IMG/VR virus record: IMGVR_UViG_3300032239_000487
Coordinates: 1 to 28,081 of that record
DNA: 28,081 nucleotides
From: a virus
Taxonomy: Duplodnaviria; Caudoviricetes
Reading direction: 5' to 3' (one strand)
Shown: in pieces, positions 16,662 to 24,637 of the stretch
How positions within the stretch are numbered: position 1 is the first letter of the stretch
Layout: every line of letters begins with the position of its first letter
Notes under the pieces: generated by a model
The model's input: only the letters and a program-made list of their open reading frames with translations
The model's database searches: none
Told to the model about the DNA's origin: nothing
Made by a program: the position numbers and the translations under genes

Positions 16662-19600
16662 ATGACTCTAGTATCACCAGGCGTACAGGTTTCAATCATT
16701 GATCAATCACAGTACCTTCCAGCGCCCCTTAATTCTATTCCATTGATCGTGCTAGCGACTGCACAAAATAAAGCAAATCCAAATGGAACTGGAGTTGCAC
16801 CTGGAACGACAGCCGCAAATGCAGGTAAACTATATCTCGTAACTAGCCAGAGCGATCTAGTTTCTTTATACGGTACTCCGTTCTTCTATACTACATCAGC
16901 TGGTACTCCTATTCAAGGATACGAACTCAATGAATACGGCTTGCTTACTGCATATTCTGCACTCGGTGTAACAAATCTTGCTTATACCTTGAGAGCAGAT
17001 ATTGATCTAGCAAGCCTAGTAGGATCAACTTCTCGTCCTGTAGGAACTCCTACTAACGGAACTTGGTGGTTAGACACCGCTGCTTCAACTTGGGGTATCT
17101 ATCAATTCAATGCCGTTACCGGACAGTTCACGCTTCAGCAACCTATTATCATAACAGATTCTGCTGAGATCGGCACCAATCAATACGGAAGAGCGCCACT
17201 TGATAGTATCGGTAGCATTGGACAGTATGCGGTAATCGCGATCCCACTATCTCAATATAATGATAACGGTATTTTAGTTACACCGTCCCCTGCAGATTCT
17301 TCATCAGGTCAATTTTACTTTAAGAATATTCTTAATCAGTGGGTAAGAATAGGGACACAACAATGGATTGGTGCGAACCCAACTATCATAGGAACACAGT
17401 CTAATCCAACATTAACTGCTGGCAACTCGTTCTCTATCGTGTACAGTGGTACCTCTTTCCCGATCACCGTTCAAGGAGCACCTAATAATACTGTTGCTAT
17501 TGTTGCAAGTAGTATTAATGCATTAAACATCGGAGTATATGCGTTTGTTATCAACGGTGCATTGGTACTCTATAGCCAGCAAACACAAGAACCTGGATCA
17601 AATACTGTGCCTAGTCTTCAGATCGTTGCAGGAACCGGCACAGTATTGACTAATCTGGGAATTCCTGCTGGTACTTATTTCCAACCACAAGCATTCACTG
17701 GATATTCTTCTCAACAACCTCTTTGGCAAGCGGGACAAGCACAGCCTGCTCCTAGCGGTTCGGTATGGATCAAGGTCGGTACCGCAGGTAACGGATTGAA
17801 TCCTTCTATTGCTGAATGGAATTCTACTGCTCTTACTTGGGTACCTAAGACTCCTAATTTTGCAACATCTGATTGGGATGCGATTGCGGATCTAGACAGT
17901 ACTGGAGGATCATCCATCCCAGCTGGAACTATTTACACTCAGTTCAACTATGACAATGAAGGAGATATTTCATCTCCTGTCTACTACTGGGAAAGAATTG
18001 CCACTGGACCAACTGTTGTTACTGGGGGTATAAATAATCCAACATTTAGCAATGGCCCATATACATCATATGTTCAAGTATCTATTCCGGGATCATCTTC
18101 ATTGTCTAGCACGTATACATTGAGTGTTCCTGATAATGCAACTGTCACTCAGTTTTTGACAGCTTGGTCAGCATCAGGTGTACCATTCACAACAGCAACA
18201 GTAACTAGCACTGGAGCAATTCAGCTTACCCATACTGCTGGTGGTGTAATTGTCATCAATGATTCAAGTCCAACTACTGGATTCTCTAATGGACTTTGCT
18301 ATGATGCAGGCTTTAGAATTAACGCTGGTGTCGATGGCGTTACTATAGGTCCTTTCTCAAGTCCTACTTTCCAAGCAGCACAAACTAGTACATCTGGCGG
18401 CGGAACAGGACTTGTGATAGAAGTAAAACTTACGCATGATCACGTTTATTATTATAATCCTACAACATTTTTTAATGCTGGCACCGGATATGCAGTCGGT
18501 GACAGTGTTGTGTTTACAGGAACTGAACTAGGTGGAACTTCTCCGGCTAATGACTTAACGGTTAAGGTCGGTACTGTCAACGGCGTAACCGGTGCAGTAG
18601 AATCTATCTATTTTGTATCAGGGTATGGCGCAGGCGGATTGACAAATGGTGCTGGAACTACTCAAACATATGCAGTTCAGTTAACAAACTGGTATCCATT
18701 TGAAATGACTGCACAGTCAGGACCTCCTAATACGCTTCCTGCAAGCAATACTAACTGGTATTACAGCGTAATTGACCAAGTTGACATCATGGTCAATACA
18801 ACTACTGGATGGAAGGGTTATAGTAATGTAAATTATAACTCAGTTGGATTCCCACTGCCTAACGGTACTAACATGACTGATCCAAATGGTCCTCTAGTCA
18901 GTCCAACTACTCCTACTACTCAGTATGACGGGACTCCTTTAGTATACGGTGATATTTGGATTGATACGAGCGATTTAGAAGTCTATCCATTGATCAATCG
19001 TTGGCAGAGTGTAAGTGGTATCGCTCAATGGGTAGCACTCGACAATGCAGACCAAGTTTCTTCTTCGGGCGTAGTTTTTGCTGATGCTCGTTGGGGCACA
19101 AGCGGCGCGATTAATCCAGCAACTGATCCGATTCCAACTATCCAATCAATGTTGACTAGTAATTATCTTGATCTAGATGCTCCTGACCATACTCTTTATC
19201 CAGTTGGGATGCTTCTATTCAACACAAGACGTTCTGGATACAACGTAAAGAGATTTGCTACAAATTACTTTACAAGTGCTTCTTATCCAGATGCCGGATT
19301 GTATGACCCAGGTAATCCTACTAATACATCAAACTTACCCGAATATTCTTACACCTGGGTATCTGAATCAGGACTAAGACTAGACGGTAGTCCTTATATG
19401 GGTCGTCAGGCACAAAGACAAATGGTAGTTAAGGCACTCAAATCAGCGATTGAAACTAATCAAGATATTCGTGATGAAGACAATGCATTCAATCTGATGG
19501 CAACTCCTGCTTACCCTGAATGTATTCCTGACATGGTTGTTCTCAATGGTGATAGGGGTGAAACTACCTTCATCATAGGTGATACTCCGATGAGACTTCC

Positions 19601-20336
19601 AAATGATGCGACTACCATTCAAACTTGGGCACAAGATGCAACTGGTACAGCGACACCATATGGTCAGGCTACACGAAATACATATGTAGGTCTGTTCTAT
19701 CCTTCAGGGCTTACTACTGATCTGGCTGGAAATGCTGTTGCGGTTCCCCCATCATACATGATGATCAGAACCTTCTTGCGCAATGATACTGTTGCATATC
19801 CTTGGTTCGCAGCAGCAGGTACGAACAGAGGTATCATTGATAATGCCACAAATATTGGTTATATCAATGGACAAACTGGTGAATTCGTTTCTATCAAGCC
19901 AAATCAAGGACTCAGAGATGTGTTATATACCAATAACATCAACCCTCTAGTATACTTCACTGGTAACGGATTGCTATGCTATGGTAACATTTCAAGCTAT
20001 GCATCACAAACTGCGCTTGATAGAATCAACGTAGTAAGACTTATCTGCTATCTTCGTACTCAGCTATATATCGCAGCAAGACCGTTCGTATTTGAACCAA
20101 ATGATGCTATCACTAGAGCATCAATTGCAGGTGTGATTCAGTCACTGATGGTCACTCTTGTAGCAAAAAGAGGAATTTATGATTACCTAGTCATATGCGA
20201 TACTTCAAACAATACCCCGACTACGATTGATCAAAATCAATTGTGGGTAGATGTTGCGATTGAGCCTGTCAAAGCAGTTGAATTCATCTATATTCCGGTT
20301 CGTGTTCTAGCAACCGGAACTCTGGGTAATAAGTAA
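16662..20336 (+). CDS. gp18: Contractile tail sheath protein (T4 gp18-like) with large central insertion
   Basis: LVSPGVQVSIID N-terminus; YPWFAAAGTNRG, DRINVVRL, FVFEPND, IEPVKAVEFIYI C-terminal motifs. Confidence 0.96.
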   Translation: MTLVSPGVQVSIIDQSQYLPAPLNSIPLIVLATAQNKANPNGTGVAPGTTAANAGKLYLVTSQSDLVSLYGTPFFYTTSAGTPIQGYELNEYGLLTAYSALGVTNLAYTLRADIDLASLVGSTSRPVGTPTNGTWWLDTAASTWGIYQFNAVTGQFTLQQPIIITDSAEIGTNQYGRAPLDSIGSIGQYAVIAIPLSQYNDNGILVTPSPADSSSGQFYFKNILNQWVRIGTQQWIGANPTIIGTQSNPTLTAGNSFSIVYSGTSFPITVQGAPNNTVAIVASSINALNIGVYAFVINGALVLYSQQTQEPGSNTVPSLQIVAGTGTVLTNLGIPAGTYFQPQAFTGYSSQQPLWQAGQAQPAPSGSVWIKVGTAGNGLNPSIAEWNSTALTWVPKTPNFATSDWDAIADLDSTGGSSIPAGTIYTQFNYDNEGDISSPVYYWERIATGPTVVTGGINNPTFSNGPYTSYVQVSIPGSSSLSSTYTLSVPDNATVTQFLTAWSASGVPFTTATVTSTGAIQLTHTAGGVIVINDSSPTTGFSNGLCYDAGFRINAGVDGVTIGPFSSPTFQAAQTSTSGGGTGLVIEVKLTHDHVYYYNPTTFFNAGTGYAVGDSVVFTGTELGGTSPANDLTVKVGTVNGVTGAVESIYFVSGYGAGGLTNGAGTTQTYAVQLTNWYPFEMTAQSGPPNTLPASNTNWYYSVIDQVDIMVNTTTGWKGYSNVNYNSVGFPLPNGTNMTDPNGPLVSPTTPTTQYDGTPLVYGDIWIDTSDLEVYPLINRWQSVSGIAQWVALDNADQVSSSGVVFADARWGTSGAINPATDPIPTIQSMLTSNYLDLDAPDHTLYPVGMLLFNTRRSGYNVKRFATNYFTSASYPDAGLYDPGNPTNTSNLPEYSYTWVSESGLRLDGSPYMGRQAQRQMVVKALKSAIETNQDIRDEDNAFNLMATPAYPECIPDMVVLNGDRGETTFIIGDTPMRLPNDATTIQTWAQDATGTATPYGQATRNTYVGLFYPSGLTTDLAGNAVAVPPSYMMIRTFLRNDTVAYPWFAAAGTNRGIIDNATNIGYINGQTGEFVSIKPNQGLRDVLYTNNINPLVYFTGNGLLCYGNISSYASQTALDRINVVRLICYLRTQLYIAARPFVFEPNDAITRASIAGVIQSLMVTLVAKRGIYDYLVICDTSNNTPTTIDQNQLWVDVAIEPVKAVEFIYIPVRVLATGTLGNK

Positions 20337-20339
20337 AAA

Positions 20340-20371
20340 TTGAAGCGGGTGCTTTCGGGTACCCGCTTCAA
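20340..20371. terminator. Long GC-rich stem-loop between sheath and tube genes
   Basis: TTGAAGCGGGTGC-t-TTCG-g-GTACCCGCTTCAA; a U-tract follows only in the minus orientation (AAAAA at 20335-20339). Confidence 0.7.
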
Positions 20372-20375
20372 CAAT

Positions 20376-20383
20376 GATAAATA
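20376..20383 (+). promoter_or_regulatory. T4-type late promoter (GATAAATA) for tail tube
   Basis: Followed by AGGAG SD and ATG 20406. Confidence 0.72.
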
Positions 20384-20405
20384 AATGTAATAGGAGAACT
20401 TACAA

Positions 20406-21062
20406 ATGGCAACAGCCTCACAATCATTAGTCAACATGACTGTACCGACAGATAACGCTGGTGGTAATCAGGGCTTGTTGATGCCAAAGCTACAGTTTAG
20501 ATATAGACTTAACTTCCTCAATTTTGGAGTTGGTTCTACTGCTGGTTTAGCTCTTACCAAACAAGTAGTTGACTGCTCACGTCCAAACGTGACCTTTCAA
20601 GAAATAACACTCCCTGTATATAACTCAACCTTATATCTTGCAGGAAAACATCAGTGGCAAACGCTAACTTGCAACATCCGTGATGATGCATCTGGTTCAG
20701 TATCTAAGGCAGTAGGTCAGCAACTTCAAAAGCAATTGGACTTTGTTGAACAAGCATCTGCTCCAACTGGACAAGATTATAAATTCCAATTGAATATGGA
20801 AATTCTTGATGGTGGCAACGGTACTGCTACTCCGATTGTTCTTGAGACTTGGGAACTATACGGATGCTTCGTTTCAGTAGCTAACTACAACACGCTTAAC
20901 TATGCTACTAACGATGTAGTCACTATCTCATTAACTATTCGCTTTGATAATGCAATTCAGGCTCCGCTCGTCTCAGGCGTCGGTGCACCGATCAATCGTC
21001 CTACGGACAGTCGTACTGGTTCTGTTTCAGGTATTGGCGCAGGCGTAAATCTAGGCCGATAA
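20406..21062 (+). CDS. gp19: Tail tube protein (T4 gp19-like)
   Basis: Follows the sheath gene; PKLQFRYR, RPNVTFQEI, YLAGKHQW, WELYGCF, LNY, LTIRFDNA tube motifs. Confidence 0.9.
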   Translation: MATASQSLVNMTVPTDNAGGNQGLLMPKLQFRYRLNFLNFGVGSTAGLALTKQVVDCSRPNVTFQEITLPVYNSTLYLAGKHQWQTLTCNIRDDASGSVSKAVGQQLQKQLDFVEQASAPTGQDYKFQLNMEILDGGNGTATPIVLETWELYGCFVSVANYNTLNYATNDVVTISLTIRFDNAIQAPLVSGVGAPINRPTDSRTGSVSGIGAGVNLGR

Positions 21063-21093
21063 GTTACATAATTTATGAGTTTTAATCCATTGA

Positions 21094-22635
21094 ATGTCAG
21101 GATTTAATCAAGATTTACTTAACAGTGGTGCAGCCCTATTAGGTGGCTCAGGGACCGGTATCAATAATACCGGTCCCGTCATACTTAGGGACTATAACCA
21201 CGCGGCTAAAACCTTTAGGACAAATTCATACGAACGTGCGCCTAAACTTAAGTTTCTATTTCACACGTATTTTCAGATTAATCCTGAAGCATTCGCAGGA
21301 TTCCAAGGCGGCCGGACAGGCACGAATGTCAACACAAATACAAATTTTGGTCTGTTAGTAAAAGAAATAAAGCTACCTACATTTAGTTTTTCTACAGTTC
21401 AGTTAAATCAATATAACAGAAAAAGAATTATACAGACCAAAATCAAATATGATCCTGTTGAGGTCACTTTTCATGATGACAACGGTGATATTATTAATGG
21501 GTTATGGAATGCATACTATCAGTATTATTATAATGATTCAACTCAAGTAGGATCAGTTCTCCAAGGTGCACAGGGCGGACCAACTAACGGCGGTGCCACA
21601 AAACAATATAACAATAGAAATATCTACGACTCCTCTATTAGCGGAGATGATAGATGGGGATTCTCAGGGGGACAATCGCAATCTACTGGCGCAAAAGTTC
21701 CCTTCTTCAAGAATATAACAGTATTTGGATTCAACCAACATAATTTTACCTCGTATACCTTAGTCAATCCACTGGTCACTAGCTTTGCTCATGATAGCTA
21801 TAACTATTCTGAAGGTGGCGGCACTATGGCAGATAGAATGTCAATAGATTACGAAACTGTTGTTTATAATTATGGTAATATGGATGGACGTGATCCTAGT
21901 AATATTGTTACTGGATTTGGGGATAATCAAAACTATGATACTACATTGAGTCCCATTGCTAATGCAGGATCAAATGGATATGCCCTAGGACAAGGTGGAT
22001 TAGTAGATGCAAACGGTGGATCAATAAATTCTCCACTAGACGGCCTCAGCCGGATCGTATCCCTTGCTGCTCAAAATGCTGCTGCGCAGCAAAGTCTTGC
22101 TCCTACTCAAAACACAAACAATTCAACCCCAGAAGCACTGAACGCATTGCTATCTAGTTCCATACGTACTGCGCCTACGAGCAGAAATACATTGTTCAAT
22201 ATCCCAGTAGCAGGTTCAAGTCCGGGACCAATTGGAACAGCCAACTCACCTACTATAGGTGCAAGAAGTATTCCTCCGTTGGTAATTGAAGATGCAGCAA
22301 TAACTGCACCTCCTCCACCGAATGTTGCCACTTTAGAAGGAGCCAATGTAGCCTACTCTGGAATAACTATCGGTGGACAACCTACTGTTCCTGCCCCCGT
22401 TCCAACTATTCCTACACCTACCCCAGCCTTCCCGCTTCCTCCCGTCCCCACGCCTCCGCAGCCCTTCCCTGTTCCGCCTCCTACTCCTGATCCTAATGTA
22501 CCTGTTGATAGTACTTCATCTTCCTCTACTATTCCTCCTCCGCCTACTGAACTAGTCCTTACTGACGCAGGGATACAGGGAGGCGAAGGTAGGATCGCGG
22601 TTGGTGACAAACCATTTGTACTTAAAGCAAACTAG
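21094..22635 (+). CDS. Tail-tube-like baseplate/tube initiator (gp48/gp54-like) with Pro-rich C-terminal extension
   Basis: LVKEIKLPTF, NQYNRKR, YDPVEVTFHDD, YTLVNPLVTSF.HD tube-fold motifs; PT/PP-rich tail at about 22300-22550. Confidence 0.7.
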   Translation: MSGFNQDLLNSGAALLGGSGTGINNTGPVILRDYNHAAKTFRTNSYERAPKLKFLFHTYFQINPEAFAGFQGGRTGTNVNTNTNFGLLVKEIKLPTFSFSTVQLNQYNRKRIIQTKIKYDPVEVTFHDDNGDIINGLWNAYYQYYYNDSTQVGSVLQGAQGGPTNGGATKQYNNRNIYDSSISGDDRWGFSGGQSQSTGAKVPFFKNITVFGFNQHNFTSYTLVNPLVTSFAHDSYNYSEGGGTMADRMSIDYETVVYNYGNMDGRDPSNIVTGFGDNQNYDTTLSPIANAGSNGYALGQGGLVDANGGSINSPLDGLSRIVSLAAQNAAAQQSLAPTQNTNNSTPEALNALLSSSIRTAPTSRNTLFNIPVAGSSPGPIGTANSPTIGARSIPPLVIEDAAITAPPPPNVATLEGANVAYSGITIGGQPTVPAPVPTIPTPTPAFPLPPVPTPPQPFPVPPPTPDPNVPVDSTSSSSTIPPPPTELVLTDAGIQGGEGRIAVGDKPFVLKAN

Positions 22636-22640
22636 CGAAG

Positions 22641-22648
22641 CATAAATA
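22641..22648 (+). promoter_or_regulatory. T4-type late promoter (CATAAATA)
   Basis: 5 nt upstream of ATG 22654, with no SD. Confidence 0.6.
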
Positions 22649-22653
22649 ATACT

Positions 22654-23043
22654 ATGGCAAAAGAAGCACAAATCAGTACAGTAAGCAAAAATGTTGCGAA
22701 CAACGCCAGCGTCGGCACCTCTATAACCATTTTTGATAGTTTTTACAACAATGACCTAATCATAAACGCAGCAGACTATGATATTGTTTATTCATATTTT
22801 GTAGGTATCACTGGCAACAAAATCATTGGAGCCAACTATGCTACTCTTCTTTTTAGAATTGCACAGCAAGGCAACTATAATGTATTACAGTTACTACAGA
22901 TCATTCAAGGTACAGGTAATCTTCTTCAGTTGAATAGCGTAATGTGCTATTATCTGAATACATTTAGGTCAAAGGTATCATTATATGGTATCGCTCAAAT
23001 ACCCAATCCTAATCAAGCTGTACAGCGCAACGTAGTCCTGTAG
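22654..23043 (+). CDS. Hypothetical late protein (129 aa)
   Basis: Fills the gap between the tube-initiator and gp4 genes. Confidence 0.75.
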   Translation: MAKEAQISTVSKNVANNASVGTSITIFDSFYNNDLIINAADYDIVYSYFVGITGNKIIGANYATLLFRIAQQGNYNVLQLLQIIQGTGNLLQLNSVMCYYLNTFRSKVSLYGIAQIPNPNQAVQRNVVL

Positions 23044-23044
23044 A

Positions 23045-23479
23045 ATGGGCAAGTGGGCACAGGGTTTTTATACTCCCAAAAATCCACAAAAATACATAGG
23101 CAAGCATCAGCCTCGGTATCGTTCTGGCTGGGAACTTACGTTCATGACGTTCTGTGATTCTAATAGTAGTATAACACACTGGGCCAGTGAATCTATGAAG
23201 ATTCCGTATCGTCATCCCTTGACAGGCAAACCAACTAACTACATTCCGGACTTCTTTGTCGTCTATAAAAATAAAACAGGTAAAACTATCGCAGAAGTTG
23301 TTGAGATCAAGCCAAAGAAACAGAGCCTGATTGAGAACAAATTAGCAAGTGCAAAAGATAGAATGGTCGTAGCAATCAATCATGCTAAATGGGCAGCAGC
23401 AAACGCCTATTGTAAGAGCCAAGGGTTCACGTTTAGGGTAATAACTGAAGAGGATTTGTTCCGAAACGGTCGCAAGTAA
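23045..23479 (+). CDS. gp4: Head completion nuclease (T4 gp4-like, TnsA-type fold)
   Basis: PKNPQKYIG, YRSGWE, WASE..IPY, YIPDF, EIKP..Q, NHAKWAAA, FRVITE motifs. Confidence 0.92.
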   Translation: MGKWAQGFYTPKNPQKYIGKHQPRYRSGWELTFMTFCDSNSSITHWASESMKIPYRHPLTGKPTNYIPDFFVVYKNKTGKTIAEVVEIKPKKQSLIENKLASAKDRMVVAINHAKWAAANAYCKSQGFTFRVITEEDLFRNGRK

Positions 23480-23486
23480 ATAAATA
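23479..23486 (+). promoter_or_regulatory. T4-type late promoter (AATAAATA)
   Basis: Overlaps the gp4 stop; 5 nt upstream of ATG 23492. Confidence 0.55.
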
Positions 23487-23491
23487 CTTGT

Positions 23492-23974
23492 ATGACAAGG
23501 AAATTAGAAGAATTATTTGATCTGGATTCAAGTGAACCCAATGAACTCATGTTACCTGTGCTAGAGAACGCAGAAGAAGTAACAACCACAGCGATGAGTA
23601 ATCTAGAAAAGATTGAAGCTGCATTGCCCCAGGTCAGGGGATTGGAAGCAGCCGATATTGAGATGGATGAACTTGCTGAGATGGCTACTGCTAGTTATAA
23701 AGACTTGATGGATCTTGGTTTACAGGTCGAAGCTAGGTTCAGTTCAGAGATATTCAACAGTGCTGGCACGATGCTTGGACATGCTATTACAGCAAAGACC
23801 GCAAAGATCAACAAGAAGCTAAAGATGCTTGATATGCAACTCAAGAAGGCACAACTTGATCAGAAGATGCAAGCAAAGAATGAAGAAATTGAGTCAACTC
23901 CATTGGGAGAGGGACAATCATTGGATCGCAATGAACTTCTTAAAATATTGAATACTAAAAATCGCGATCAATGA
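23492..23974 (+). CDS. Probable terminase small subunit (T4 gp16-like)
   Basis: 160 aa, two long helices (EIFNSAGTML...KKLKMLDMQLKK) and C-terminal DRNELLKIL, resembling gp16 organisation; remote similarity only. Confidence 0.5.
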   Translation: MTRKLEELFDLDSSEPNELMLPVLENAEEVTTTAMSNLEKIEAALPQVRGLEAADIEMDELAEMATASYKDLMDLGLQVEARFSSEIFNSAGTMLGHAITAKTAKINKKLKMLDMQLKKAQLDQKMQAKNEEIESTPLGEGQSLDRNELLKILNTKNRDQ

Positions 23975-23980
23975 TAAATA
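23973..23980 (+). promoter_or_regulatory. T4-type late promoter (GATAAATA)
   Basis: Overlaps the upstream TGA; AGGGA SD before ATG 24008. Confidence 0.65.
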
Positions 23981-24007
23981 TATCATAAAGACAATGCAGG
24001 GATCCAC

Positions 24008-24634
24008 ATGAGAAGTCTAAAACAGTTTATCGTTGAGAGTGTTCATACATACAACTACACCATCAAAATTGCTGGTGAGGTTGATCGGAACTTCCTAGAA
24101 CTATTTGCCCATAACTTAAAGAAGTTTGATCCAGTGAAGATTTCCGCTCCGGTATCTACTCCAATTCAAAAGGATCCGTACGGGTTTCCTAACCTAACCA
24201 ATCAGCCTGTTCACATCATCAAGGCAGAATTTAGATATCCAACAAACGAACCAATGATTCAGCAACTTGCGCAGTTATTAGGTCATCAAGTTGATTTTGT
24301 AAGAGTCATCAGTACTGATTTCAATGACAGCATCAATGGTGAGATGGATGGTTATGCCAATCAGATGAAGAATAGCCCAGTTCTTACCCATGAAGAGATG
24401 GAAGAAGAAGCAGGTGCTAAAGCAGCATCCAAGGCATACGGCAATTCTTATCTTGACAGCATCAAGGATCAAGCAAAAGATTCAAAGATAGATATTCCTT
24501 ATGAAGGCAAGAAAACTCCTCCTGCTTTTGATCCATTCAAGCCATATCTAGACGATAAACAAATGGGTGATCATAGCCCTATGTCAAAAATTACTAGACC
24601 TGCGAAGCCTAAAACTGGCGCGATGAGAGGATAA
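24008..24634 (+). CDS. Hypothetical late protein with capsid-targeting-like N-terminus (MRSLKQFIVES)
   Basis: 208-aa ORF; N-terminus resembles the T4 internal-protein targeting sequence MKTYQEFIAE. Confidence 0.75.
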   Translation: MRSLKQFIVESVHTYNYTIKIAGEVDRNFLELFAHNLKKFDPVKISAPVSTPIQKDPYGFPNLTNQPVHIIKAEFRYPTNEPMIQQLAQLLGHQVDFVRVISTDFNDSINGEMDGYANQMKNSPVLTHEEMEEEAGAKAASKAYGNSYLDSIKDQAKDSKIDIPYEGKKTPPAFDPFKPYLDDKQMGDHSPMSKITRPAKPKTGAMRG

Positions 24635-24637
24635 ATC

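Noticed and set aside
23045-23479. TnsA transposase of a Tn7-like element
   Set aside because: Motifs and context fit the T4 gp4 head-completion nuclease; no other transposition genes or element ends.
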